From assembly GCF_964204645.1 (NCBI RefSeq), contig NC_134032.1, forward strand, positions 1,980,416-2,044,415: DNA of 64,000 bases. Reading direction: 5' to 3'. Both the position numbers and the translations under genes were made by a program. The notes beneath the pieces were generated by a model. That model did no database searches and had not been told where the DNA came from. It was given only the letters and a program-made list of their open reading frames with translations. This stretch comes from Tubulanus polymorphus (lineage: Eukaryota > Animalia > Nemertea). Of the stretch, positions 1 through 11,496 are shown in pieces; position 1 is the stretch's first letter, and each line of letters opens with the position of its first letter.

Positions 1-268
1 TCAACACGGCCGAGTCGGTGACGGCCAGCGCAGTCAGGTAAACGGAAAACGTGTTGCGGCGGAGGTTCCTCGACTGCATGAGGACGACCGTGAACGAGTT
101 AAACAGGAACCCGCCGATAACCAGCACCGGTAAGACGACCAGGTGCATCCAGTATTCCGACAACCTCATCTCGGCCGCGTTGACGAAACGATTCTCAATT
201 ACTTTCGACCAATAGGTGACCAGTAAGTTTGCACCGGTGCTCATGTTCCTAACAGTTTCACCGCCCAT
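1..268 (-). CDS. Rhodopsin-family (peptide-receptor-like) GPCR, 5' part; runs off the window edge
   Basis: Manual translation from ATG 268: MGGETVRNMSTGANLLVTYWSKVIENRFVNAAEMRLSEYWMHLVVLPVLVIGGFLFNSFTVVLMQSRNLRRNTFSVYLTALAVTDSAVL. Shows TM1 Asn and TM2 LAxxD. Not in the ORF track because there is no stop inside the window. Confidence 0.85.
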   Translation of the reverse strand, partial: MGGETVRNMSTGANLLVTYWSKVIENRFVNAAEMRLSEYWMHLVVLPVLVIGGFLFNSFTVVLMQSRNLRRNTFSVYLTALAVTDSAVL

Positions 269-892
269 GTTGATTGATACTGACGCCGCTCAGCCAGCTA
301 AATGAATAGTCTATTAGTGATGAATCAGTTTATTGTGATATTTTTCACGCGCGCTCGTCGTTTAAGTAAAGCAGCGGAACGGAATTGATCTTTAATATCG
401 CCTTGCGCCGTACCCAATTTACGAAAAATAGAATTCGCATCGGAATAATAATTTGTTGTCGTATTTTGTACGCTAAGCCCTGATCGAATTAAGCGGCAAA
501 ACGGAATCGATATTTCACATTTTATCCTGTACCGTTCCCGATTTACGGAATTTATATATTTTGAAATCATATTCGCGCATTTCGTAAATTGATGAAATTG
601 TTACTAGATACATTTTCGATTCTGTTCATGAAACTTTATTAGTCTAGAATTTCTATTCATGGCTTTAGGAGAAATGCTTTGCTCATTTTAACTCAAATAT
701 ACTTTGAATTTATTTTTCTACTCGGATATCGGCGTAGTTTCCATAAAATTTGATCTGTTTAAGAGAAAAGTTCATTCGGCGTTCATTGAAATGTAGAAGA
801 AATTGAACGCGAAAGACTGAGTTACTACTAGCGGCACCTGGCGGATCCTTGCGTGCCGCGGCAGTGTTTGTAGTTCCCCATTAGCATTGCGC

Positions 893-1226
893 CATCCTCC
901 CTCTGCAGGGACTCGAACCTGATGGCATCGCTACACTCAGCCACGGCACGAACCCCTGCATCAGTAGACCGGGTGCGCAGGTACATGCGCAGCTTTCCGA
1001 ACGAAAACTGGCGGCACCAATCAGATTGCTCGTCGTATAATCGTTGAGGCAAATTTCAAGGAAGAACTATAAATGGGAAAACCCGGGCTAAAATAAAACT
1101 GATTGGCTAAAAATCACACCATCCTAACTGCGCGTGTATCTGCGCACACGGTCGATTATGGCAGGGTTTCGTGCCGTGGCAATCTCGATGCCATCAGGTT
1201 CGAATCCCTGCCGGGGGTTCAGGATT
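893..1226 (+). mobile_element. MITE family A copy (right end altered)
   Basis: Near-identical to 59047-59387; inserted at the end of another repeat (about 690-890). Confidence 0.8.
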
Positions 1227-1343
1227 TTATGAATGCGTAATTCGTAACATGGTCGCTTGTGCGATTTGTATAATGATAAACTTGTCGATGAATTCATCAT
1301 GTTTTCTCGCGGAATATAAGTCGTCACGTTTTCTGCGTTTCAG

Positions 1344-3577
1344 TCGTACGACGTTTTCAGAGAGGGCCAAAAGAACGGACATTTCTTCTCGGTGTATCAA
1401 CGCTCGCTGTACAACGTCGACAGACTGACCGGACAACCGATCTGGACTCGACAACAAACCGGCTATCAAAAATATTTCAAGGTAACATTGGTTCCACTGT
1501 GAACACCGGGGGCTGGTTCCATAGTCCGAGTATCAAAGTTATTCCTCGGGGTAAACCCTTAATCTAGGTGACACCCACCTTAGTAAGTTAGAAACCCTGG
1601 GACCGGTTGCATAGTCATGGCTAGACTTAAGACCTGGCTAAGACCAACTTAGTTCTATAGACAATCTAACAACTTAAGACCAGTCTTATATATTTAAGAC
1701 CAATTTTGCACTTGAGTCACGACTGTGCAACTGGCCCTTGGGGCCGGTCGCATAGTCATGGATTAGACTTAAGACCAACTTAGTTCTGTAGCCAATCCAA
1801 CAACTTAAGACCAGTCTTAAGATTTAAGACCACTTTTGGACTTAAGTCTCGACTACGGAACCGGCCCCTGGTAACAACTGACGAATTTCAAAATATTCCC
1901 AGGGACTATTTTTCTTCCACATCTATGAAACCCAGCCAAGGAGACTCTGATAACCACGTTTCTCTACGAAAGGTGTTCGAACCCGATGATGCTATCGCGA
2001 GTTTTACCTTCGATTTTCAGTTGCTCGAAGACAACTGGAAACTAATCCGAGACGAAGGTCTGAAAAATATGGACGTGAAGAAAGGCGCATTCGTGTCGGA
2101 GGAGGAAAATCTCAGAGAGACCGGTGACTGGAAACAGTTCACTTTATGGGCGCAGGGTAGGATCCTTACCGATATCGTCCACTTCTATATGTTTATGTCC
2201 TTTGAAATATCAAAACACAGGATTCTGTAGTCGACAGAAACCGACAATAAAAAGAAAAACTATCTTGTAGTTTGACGTTTCAACCCAAATCTATGAGCCA
2301 TTTTCAAAAACTGATTTATTTTAAATATAGTTTTTGAAAATGGCTCATAGATTTGAATTGAAACGTCAAACTACCAGATAGATTTTCCTTGTATTGTGGG
2401 TTTCTGTCGACTATTGATATTGGACAGCCACTTGTCTATGGAAACCAACAGGATTCTGTGTCCGCAGTTTGAACTGATGTAAATCTCAGCGTAGAGTTAA
2501 CGAATAAAACCCACAGTTACTTCTGTAAAAACGGTTTATTGTTCCGAGGTTCAAGCTAAACCTCAGGGGAACCGAAAAATGAAATAAAAATTCTTTTTCG
2601 TTCCTCTGAGGTTTAGTTTGAACCTCGAAACAATAAACTGTTTTTACGGAAGTAACTTTTACGGAAGGATTCTGTGATTTATTGAAATTTCTTATCGATT
2701 TTCTTCAGGTCGTAGAGACTCGAAGAATTGTAACAAAGTTCCGAAAACGTGTGCCTTGATCGATCAAATTCCGCCAGCTAAAGGCTGCACCAGAGGGCAG
2801 GTCTGTATCTGTATTGAACTTAGGCCGGAGCCTACGTAACGCCGTTGTTGTCAGAAAATCTGATATTTCATTTTCGTGTAGGTGAAGTTTTCTGTGATGC
2901 AGCCTGGCGTTCACGTGTGGTCGCATTGCGGGCCGACGAACTGCCGTCTACGGGCCCATTTAGGGCTCGTCGTTCCCAAAGGACCTGTGATCCGAGTAGC
3001 CGAACAAAACAGGTCAGTGGCAATCCCGCAGCCTGCCTGGACACTTCTTCCCAGATGTATTACCCAATCTACGAAAGAAATTCCACAATAACGAAGCCAA
3101 GATTGAACAATTCTATATCAGAATGATTTCGGCTAACAACGGTTAGCCATCATCAGGCCTACCGTCAAATACAATCATTCATAGAATTTTTAAAACTTGG
3201 CTTCGTTATCGTGGGATTTCTCTCGTCATCATCATACACGGATATTGTGTATCGTCTCGTCTAATTACCCGATCTAACTTCTTAGAATTTTTGATCGCCC
3301 ATATTTCTTCACACAGGATCTAGCTTTACAGAGAGACGATTCTCGATCGAAGTTGAACTACTAAAACTACCAATTCGAAATTATATCGCTGTGAATTTGA
3401 AACGTGCAATTAATTCCTATTTGCAGGACGTGGACGGAAGGAAAGTTCCTGATATTCGACGACTCGTTCGAACACGAGGTCTGGCACGAGGGCGACACGT
3501 TCAGACTGGTGTTAATAGTCGATTTCTGGCATCCAGAACTGACCGAACAGGAACGATATTCGCTGTCTCCGATCTAG
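1344..3577 (+). CDS. ASPH: Aspartyl/asparaginyl beta-hydroxylase, last five coding exons (5' exons lie upstream of the window)
   Basis: Exons 1344-1481, 2021-2156, 2709-2800, 2882-3012, 3427-3577, all AG/GT bounded and phase-compatible. Peptides HFFSVYQRSLYNV, LLEDNWKLIRDEG, GDWKQFTLW, HCGPTNCRLRAHLGL, IFDDSFEHEVW and VDFWHPEL match the ASPH 2OG-oxygenase domain, including both Fe-binding histidines. Confidence 0.95.
1599..1868. mobile_element. Two tandem copies of a short palindromic MITE (family G); third copy at 25863-26002
   Basis: GGCCGGTTGCATAGTCATGG...CACGACTGTGCAACTGGCC with internal CTTAAGACC repeats. Confidence 0.75.
2228..2413. repeat. Long palindrome with degenerate hammerhead-like cores, flanked by a 12-bp direct repeat
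   Basis: About 85-bp arms; ACAGGATTCTGT at 2217-2228 and 2448-2459. Confidence 0.7.
2515..2657. repeat. Inverted repeat (hairpin) in an ASPH intron
   Basis: AGTTACTTCTGTAAAAACGGTTTATTGTTCCGAGG... pairs with ...CCTCGAAACAATAAACTGTTTTTACGGAAGTAACT. Confidence 0.8.
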
Positions 3578-3696
3578 AGTCATCGCTTCCACCCTCCACG
3601 CGTACAACATTCCTCGAATGTTTTTTTTTTAAATTTTTGGTTCTTCAGTCGGCTATACCCCTTCTCAAAGGGGTACGAACACTTTCAACGGAATAT

Positions 3697-3956
3697 CAGG
3701 TTCCGATCTAAGGAATGAAAGCCACTTGCCCGGGGGGCAAGCATATCTGAAATTTCGCTTGTCCCCTCCAAAAAATACTTTCCCTACACAGGCAGTCCGA
3801 TTGGTGGCGCTATCATCCGTTGTATCGAGTGGGAAAAAAAGCTTTGTGACATAAAATTGCACTAGCCCGGGGGACAAGTGATAAATGATAACCTACTTGC
3901 CCTGATGAGAATATACTTATCCCGGGCAATCGGACACGTGCTTAGATCGGACCCTG
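3697..3956. mobile_element. hAT-like MITE (family F); also at 11797-12050, 46220-46479 and partial at 44497-44612, 44712-44930
   Basis: TIR CAGGGTCCGATCTAAG...CTTAGATCGGACCCTG; TSD not clearly preserved. Confidence 0.72.
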
Positions 3957-6002
3957 AATATGCTATGATACGTAATGATAGGAGAAAGAATGAATTTTAT
4001 GTCTTCACTATTGAGACTCTTTACCGAGGATGAACGATTGATCGAACCGCCGGATAAGAATAATGCCTCTTAACATTAAGTGTATTCGGTCTTCGGGCCA
4101 ATGGGGGTTTAAATTTATCCAACTGTCTTTCATTTTATCTGCGAAATCATTTTCGCCGTCATCACTTTTTCGATGACGCGCGCGCATATAGTTGGCCTAG
4201 GTTGCTTCGAGTATTAGGAACTTTTTGTATGAAGCCATTTCGATAATGAACTAGAACAGGAACAAACATCAGATCGCAACATCGACACACATACTGTCAA
4301 ACTCTCTCTCTCAAGGTTATCGTAATTGAGACCGTCATTGTGTCATTGGCTCACCCAAAACACGGTTTAACGCGTCACTTGTTGCCGAAATGTTGAATAC
4401 AAATTGACGTGAAACGAGTTTCATATTCTTTGTTCGTCGTCATTTCAGACAACGTTATCTGAGCGAATCTAGCTCGCTCGGTGTGGTCCAACGATCTTAG
4501 GAATCAAGATTATGCCGTGATTTAAAGCGGCTCATTTTCTGGCGCCGCGACGAGCGTCCTTAGACATCTAAATCTTTAAAGCCAGTTTTTGCGTCGTTCT
4601 CGGAAGCCGGGTTGAGCTGCTGCAACCGCCATACTTCCCAGTTGCTTGTACTTTGTTGTTGGAATTATGTGAAAATAGTGTATGTTGTCATTGAATGCAA
4701 CAGTCAATTGAAGTATAGTTCTTCCGATTATGCCGCAATTGTTTACGCAGTATTGTTTGTTTATTTTTCATCTCATTTCTGTCTGTTGTGGCTCTCTAAA
4801 CATCCGAGCAATTCGTAAGTTTAAATCGCTCTGGTTTATAGTATTATTGTTCTCCCTGGCCGTAGTAAACTTCGCTCGAGTCGGATCATTTGGGACAAAA
4901 ACGTGTCCGACTTGAGTGAGTGATATTATCCGAGTTGTTGGATGTTGTGTACATCGTATAGTGACAAAAAAAGTATTTAAAAAAAAAAACAACCCCGAGA
5001 CTTGTACGGTTATCTCAGAGTCGATCGGATCTGAGTCGGGCGGAGTCTACTGTACGTGAATTTGTTGTGGCTCTATTCGGGCGTTTTTATGAGCTCGACT
5101 CCTAGTACCCTCCTAAATCGATCAAAGGCGTGGTACGACCTGATCAGGGCAGGTAGTAAAACCGAGTAGCACGATCCAGGTAGCATCTTCTCGTCAATTG
5201 CTTCAAAATGATTCGACATTCAAACGAAAAGTTTTTTTTTTCTAACAGGCCTATAAGATTCGTAGCTTACGATATATCGTGGCGCTGCATCAGTTATATC
5301 GCGTCTATCGCGCTTTCTAAATCATCTACAACATTATTAGCGCTACATCTGTGCTTGCATTTTAGCTTTCAACGCGAACCGCCGCTAAACGATTGTGAAA
5401 TTAAAACTAGCAAAAATAACACCCTACATGCACTATACACGTGGTATTAGCATAATCATAGGCAGCGTAACTTTGCGGAGCAACAAAAATCAAAAGGCCG
5501 TAGACATGTGTCACATACATCAGGAGCTGCACCTAGCGTAACCCCCGCCCCTCCCGCCGATATTTTGGCGAAGTGTCCTTTTTGCAAATAGTATTGTTAT
5601 ATCCAAAAGAACTGCCCTTCTCAGGGTCTCTCTGCCCCCCCCTCCCCCACCGAATATATTGATTAAAATGCTAGGTACTGCCCTGTACGTGACGTAAGAA
5701 CGGATAGACGGACCTGCTACACGGGTGACCCGTAGAATCACGTGTTGTGTTCACGTGATTATAAACCACGTGGTATAGCGTGCAATTTCTGCAGTACACT
5801 TTTCGTACTATCAGGAATCAACTTTTATATTTGTACAATGTACGTAGACTATATGAGTGTAGTTATCTTAAATGTTATAATAAAACATACCTTTATTCAT
5901 TGTATATTTCTTTAGCTTATCATCTACTCGATTTTTAGCTTCGGCTACAAGGAAGAGATTGGATTTCACAGATTTAGTTTCCGACTACAAGTCTTAAGTG
6001 GA

Positions 6003-6097
6003 CCGTGGCTGAGTGGACTAGTTCTATCGGTATACTGCTGGTCGGCACGCTTGCTTTCTGCGTACGAGACCCGGGTTCGATCCCCGATGAGTGCGCG
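6003..6097 (+). mobile_element. tRNA-derived SINE head; related copies on the minus strand at 52203-52290, 58938-59037, 19644-19692
   Basis: CACGCTTGCTTTCT...CCCGGGTTCGATCCCCG B-box arm shared by four diverged copies; no intact cloverleaf. Confidence 0.65.
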
Positions 6098-6279
6098 AGA
6101 TGTCGTTTCTCTTATTCGTAACATTGGTGGAGGACGACAGATTATTTTCTGCCTAACCCATTCTGGCGCACCAAAACGGACTTTTGAAAGGACATTTGAC
6201 GTTTGTTTTCTTTTTTTTCATTCTGACGTTCTTGTGGGTGGCCTCATATGCACATTAAGAATTGTACAACTGCCTCGAG

Positions 6280-6650
6280 TTCTAGAACAAACTGAAAGAC
6301 AGGTCAGTGATGCATATCACAAAGTCATTGATAGACAAAACGGTCGGATAGTTAGCGGTAAAGGCTGGCTTATGTCGACCTTGGAGTTCAGTCTCAATAC
6401 TTCAAGTGTAGACAAGCGACGCGACGCCTACCGACGCAAAAGGGCAACCACGATCGGAGCCAAGCTTATGTCGACTGCGCTCCGATTGACAAGCAACTGA
6501 GGCCGACTATCGGGATACGCGGTCCGACCGCTGCGATAAACTGCGGAATCTGCGACTTGTCATTATCATGAAAGAAGCCGAATTTGCGAAGGCTCCAAAC
6601 AGGAACAAGATGGGTGGAATGACCAATGTCACAGTAACCTCGTGATTCAT
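6280..6650 (-). pseudogene. Fragment of a GPCR paralogous to the 6851-7797 gene
   Basis: 6650-6535 reads MNHEVTVTLVIPPILFLFGAFANSASFMIMTSRRFRSLS (cf. TVSLVILPVWFLLGAFGNSATFLIMISRRFRGLS). After an unrelated insert it resumes near 6363 as FTANYPTVLSINDFVICI (cf. YANYLIVLSLSDLCL) and then stops. Confidence 0.7.
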
Positions 6651-6850
6651 GATTCAACTTTTTGAAGGCGTGGACTGACTGGCTCAATAAACTGACAAAA
6701 TTTAGAGAAAACAAACCATTTCTTATTCATTAAAGCTCATCAATTCTATCTTTCGCATCAAATTGAAAATCAATTTTCAGAAATCTGTCACAATTTGAAT
6801 ATACACATTAGAATGGTTCGTTTGATAAGTTGTATGAAGTAAATAAATGG

Positions 6851-7797
6851 TTATTTCTCCGAATTCCTGCAGCGGATTTTCGCACAGAAATATTCACGAA
6901 TTTCTCGTCCCAGTAAAAGATATATGTAGAAATTAACGACGAAGTTACACATATGGAAATGTGCGAAAATGTCGAATAGAAAATCTTTCTCCTCCGGGGA
7001 AACTGGTAAATATGTTGTAACAGTGGACGGGAGTGTAAAAACGGCAAATGCGAGTGAAACTGTTACGAGCATTATCGTCGTACGTTTTGATTTCGTAGTT
7101 TTCTGATCGGACGAAACCATTTTCGAGCCTCTGAATAACTGAATTATTATCAGAGAATTCGATGTAATGATCAAAGATAAAGGTATCACGTGAATGTAGA
7201 TGCCGCCTATTGTAAAATATTGTAAAATTAGGTCGGATAATTCGTAGAAACATCCGACGAATTCATCGGCAAAATGCATCGACAGACCTGGCGAGAGATA
7301 TAGAACCAGTATGTTTGCTGCGGTAATTATCAGTATAGCGAATCTGGGTGTACATATCAAACGAGACGTGAACGGGAAGAGAACAACCGCCGCGCGTTCT
7401 AGAGATATCGCTACTACCAACCACGAACTGTTGAAACCCGCGAGTTGAACTGTAAATTCATAGACTTGACACGTGATCACTGCATTCATCAAGAATATAG
7501 GACCGATGACGTGTGAATTCAAGAGAGCAAACTGTAAAACTGGTATCAGCGTAAAACTACTGATAAACACAAATCGCTGAGGGATAAAACGATCAGATAG
7601 TTAGCGTAAGATAAACCGCGGAATCTGCGACTGATCATTATCAGGAAAGTAGCCGAATTTCCAAACGCTCCCAACAGGAACCAAACAGGCAGAATGACCA
7701 ACGACACAGTTCGGTAGACTCCGGACTTGTTCACCACTGACATGATGATCAGGTTACTAACATAAGTCCGGCCGATTTGCATCTGAGTGTAATTCAT
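6851..7797 (-). pseudogene. Intronless rhodopsin-type GPCR with a single frameshift near 7555 (pseudogene or sequence error)
   Basis: ORF 7546-7797 carries TM1 GN and TM2 LSLSD. The overlapping ORF 6851-7570 carries SLERA (TM3), FAVFTLP (TM6) and NFVVNFYIY (TM7). One extra T in the TTTT run joins them. Confidence 0.8.
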
Positions 7798-8910
7798 GAT
7801 TCATGAGGAAAGTGTAGCGGCTGTCTGGCTGTCTGTCTGTACTAGACTCGTCTCTGGCGTATTGGAAAATTGAATTGATTTAACGCTAACATAATACAAT
7901 CATTAGAGTCTTTATCACAGCTATACAATTCATTTCTAAGATCCATTGTCAACAGCGAATGAAAGACTAATTCTCGCAAATCTCCCGCGCACACGTGTTT
8001 ATTTTCAGGTTTATTCGCGTGTGAAATATAAATGCAACCTAATCGAATATAGATTTTTGTTTCATAAGAGTTCGTTGCAAATGAATGTGTTTGCACGAGT
8101 TGAATTCGTTTAGTGAGAGGTACTAGGATTAATATCGCATTGAAACCATATCTATGAGCATATAGGACTTATACCCCGTCGCTCGATGGGTTGGGTAACT
8201 ACCGCAGATACCTGGAGGTCCCGAGTTCGAGTTCAGATACAACTGAATCATTCTACTTATTTTCCATTTACCAACTCGATGCCATTTACTGAAAACTTTT
8301 AATAGAACATAGCATTAAAATGAGTTCAGTTTATGAAACTACCTTCATACTATGATAATATGTAAGCCTCAATCTAGGCACAAATACGATCAACATAATG
8401 AGTTTTGACAATAGAAACTAAGTTTCACTTTGTCTTAAATATATTCTAAGCACTTTATGGTTTAAGGACTCGGTTTTGAAAGTTGTGAAGTAAAGAACAT
8501 TCTAGAGAACAAGCTGCTTCTCGCGTACGTCACGTGGACCATCGCGAGAGTTCACGGTAGTTTGTAGCTTGACGTCGTGGACTTGGTGACCTGCATGGAC
8601 ACCTCATGGTGGACCATATGGCGAACCCCGACATTTGTATTTTCAAGGAAAAATTTTCCATTTTTTACTACAAGAGAATGAAAGATGAACTAGAGATGAA
8701 AGCCCAGAACATTGGAATGGCCTCAATTCGTACGTTTATGTACACTGCTTCCAACATATATTGCCCAATCACATTTCTAAGAATTTTTGATCAGCCAGAT
8801 TTCATCACACATGTTCAGAATTTACCGAGACAAATTTTGAATGAAATTGAACTACAAAATCGGCCAATTCGAAATTCTATTTTTTTTGTGAATTTGAAAT
8901 CTATTTGCAG

Positions 8911-9061
8911 GACGTGGACGGAAGGAAAGTTCCTGATATTCGACGACTCGTTCGAACACGAGGTCTGGCACGAGGGCGACACGTCCAGACTGGTGTTAAT
9001 AGTCGATTTCTGGCATCCAGAACTGACCGAACAGGAACGATATTCGCTGTCTCCGATTTAG
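8911..9061 (+). other. ASPH: Second copy of the ASPH terminal coding exon (alternative last exon or duplicated remnant)
   Basis: 151 nt, intact acceptor (ctatttgcag) and TAG. Differs from 3427-3577 at two positions by eye (TTC>TCC F>S; ATC>ATT silent). Confidence 0.85.
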
Positions 9062-9449
9062 GAGTCATCGCTTCCACCCTGCACGCGTACAATATTACAT
9101 CGAATGCTTTTTGTTTGTTTTTGGTTCTTCAGTCAGCTAGCGGTGAAAATTAGACTAATCTTCACTATCATTGATGGTGGCTGATTCGAGATATATCACT
9201 TTTTATTTGTCATCCTCCGCGAAAACAAATTTTACCACAAAAAAACAAATTATTTGTTTTTGCGCGGTAAAATTTGTTTTTTTCTTGTCCGCTCTGCTGT
9301 AGGACGAAATGAAGTTTTTATTACGCAGATAGGTTTCAATGCCCTCTAGCGGTGGTCAGGGTTAGTGTCTTGTTGAACGACAGAGCCGTGTATGCCAGAA
9401 GCTCCCCCTCGAAGCTTCCCGTCAAAAGTTGGGTTTTTATCTTTTTCAT

Positions 9450-10562
9450 TCATTTCCGAACGCGAAAGGGTTTACATTTCCGCGTCCCTAGTTGAACAAC
9501 GGCGACTCTGAATTTACTGTTAGACAAACAATAGACTAAAAAGTTCATACACGAATCTACCACAGTTAAACCGATAGCGATTTTTCGCTGAACCATAAGC
9601 GTGTCAAAAGCACTGAAATTACCTAAAAAAATTATTCGGATACCCGGAAAACCCGCATACTGAAATTTTTCCAAAAATATCAAAGATTCGAACGTGATGA
9701 AAACAGCAACAAGAGCAAACGACATTCTCAACGCGCGTAACTCTAACGTGTTGGAAGATTGATTCTTTATTGCTGAACGACTTTTACCAATTCGTGAAAA
9801 TTTAATCACAATCAAAGCCAAAATTAAAATGACGTTTAAAGTAACAAGTGCGATCATAGGAGCGACGATACTCGACACAGTGCCTTGCCATTCTGCTGCA
9901 AAACTCTTCCATTGACGGAGAAGAGGAGAGAAGTAGGCAAAATCCCCGCGTTGCCAAAGAGTAGGGTATCTGTGAAAACAACGCATGGGTTCAACAACTC
10001 GATCTGGCAAAAATATTGGAAGGTAAAAACAAAAACTATAAATATTTATCAATATTATTATACAATTCACTACTTTTCGTGTCCAGAACAATCTCGATTT
10101 TAACGGCAAAATTGTAATTACGAGTCTTTCTAAACTGATAAGAATAACGCACCAGTTTCTGGTCTGTTGAAACATGTGATACGGCCCTAACGCAGTTCTT
10201 ATAAATTCCCAGCCAAAATACCAATCGTCCATTCGCAAAATGACATCCCCTAAATGTGTGTAGAGGTGAATGGCGCGTAGAGGGTACATGACGAACACAC
10301 TTATTGAATAACATATGTCCAAAATGGCGAGAACTTTGAGTAAATAGTAAACATCTTTGTTCATCTTTTTCAAGACTAAAATCGTTATGACATTCAAAGT
10401 GATGCCCAATATAGTGACGGGTCCGTAGAAGAAAATGTACATATAAACGCTGATTTGGTAATCCACACGGATATGCAGTTCACCCTGAGCCCGATCACAA
10501 ATATCATGATAGACTGGTTTCGTAGTAGTTGACAGAACAGTAACGTTTGAATAGCTCATCAT
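9450..10562 (-). CDS. Intronless rhodopsin-family GPCR (FMRFamide/sex-peptide-receptor-like, possibly chemosensory)
   Basis: Seven hydrophobic segments; GITLN, LAILD, ISLERL..LPL, FITFES, DSCMNFLVYCLSNSKFR; N-terminal NVT sequon. First ATG is at 10562 (the ORF track extends to a GTG at 10619). Confidence 0.92.
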   Translation of the reverse strand: MMSYSNVTVLSTTTKPVYHDICDRAQGELHIRVDYQISVYMYIFFYGPVTILGITLNVITILVLKKMNKDVYYLLKVLAILDICYSISVFVMYPLRAIHLYTHLGDVILRMDDWYFGWEFIRTALGPYHMFQQTRNWCVILISLERLVITILPLKSRLFWTRKVVNCIIILINIYSFCFYLPIFLPDRVVEPMRCFHRYPTLWQRGDFAYFSPLLRQWKSFAAEWQGTVSSIVAPMIALVTLNVILILALIVIKFSRIGKSRSAIKNQSSNTLELRALRMSFALVAVFITFESLIFLEKFQYAGFPGIRIIFLGNFSAFDTLMVQRKIAIGLTVVDSCMNFLVYCLSNSKFRVAVVQLGTRKCKPFRVRK

Positions 10563-11496
10563 TCGTCTAGCGGCTTCTCTCACGCCCGATTCAACTCGAC
10601 TCTCTGAAATATCAACCACCTAAACTTCCCGGCGTCAGTACACACCCATTTTCAGTAGCAGGTAGTAATTTGGCAGACGACTGTAAGGCGCTGGTATATT
10701 TCGTCACACCCTGAGGTATAAAGGCCTGGTTCACCGCTCGGGAACAGTATCTGCAAGCTCGCTATTTCGGTATTTCTAAAACTATGTATGAATATTTTCT
10801 ATTTCAGCTTTAGCTAGTTTCAACTCTTGGTTTATAGGATGGTCTAAATGTTGAAATTTCATAAGTCCGTATATAATGTTTGATAGAGGGAGCATATTGT
10901 GATTCCAGTTCAGAACGGCCCGTATCCGCCCTGCCTATTACTCCTCAAGCCGCCCAAACCGCCCCGGCACTTTTTTCGTATGCTGCACAAAAACGGTTAT
11001 AGTGGGATTCGAACCCAAAAGCTTACGATAAACTACACACCTAAGTCCTCGAAATATCAACCAGAAATCATTATCCTCCTATTTGGTATTTGGTATCGAC
11101 GTGATGAACTTAGATTTTACCTTGAATTTTAATTTGAGTAATTGACACTACATAGTGCATTTCCTGAGTGCTAATGGGTTAATTACACATTTAGTGATCT
11201 GATTAAATCATTTCATTCCACGTCTTTGGTCACGATTCAAAGCGTTTCATATTTCGTAAAAATATAAACGCTATGACGATTTTTTTAAATTTTGAAAGTA
11301 CCGTATAGTATGGAGTTTCCTATCATTGGTGTAGTTACTGCGATTTTGTATAATTCCCGAAAACAGTCTAGTATTTGCGGTTGAAATGGACTCAGTTTAG
11401 GCGCATGCTGCTTCCAGTTCAAAACGAAAACGATATTTTCTGAATACAGATTTTGCGATATGACTAAATCCCCTAATTGCGATTCGAAACAACTCG

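Noticed and set aside
828-1428. Short ORFs that recur at 16307 and 59177-59580
   Set aside because: They recur because they lie in MITE family A; no transposase or other motif.
3902-3945. CTGATGA hammerhead box
   Set aside because: No stem II followed by GAAA; it lies inside a family F MITE whose other copies lack the motif.
6003-6097. Possible tRNA genes here and at 8175-8235, 12690-12755, 34240-34309, 52203-52290, 58938-59037
   Set aside because: B boxes are present but acceptor stems and cloverleaves are not intact, and the copies are diverged, so these are SINE heads. tRNAscan-SE would settle it.
8606-8910. N-terminal 100 aa of the 151-aa ORF 8606-9061
   Set aside because: It is the homologue of ASPH intron sequence in front of an acceptor; only 8911-9061 is exon-like.
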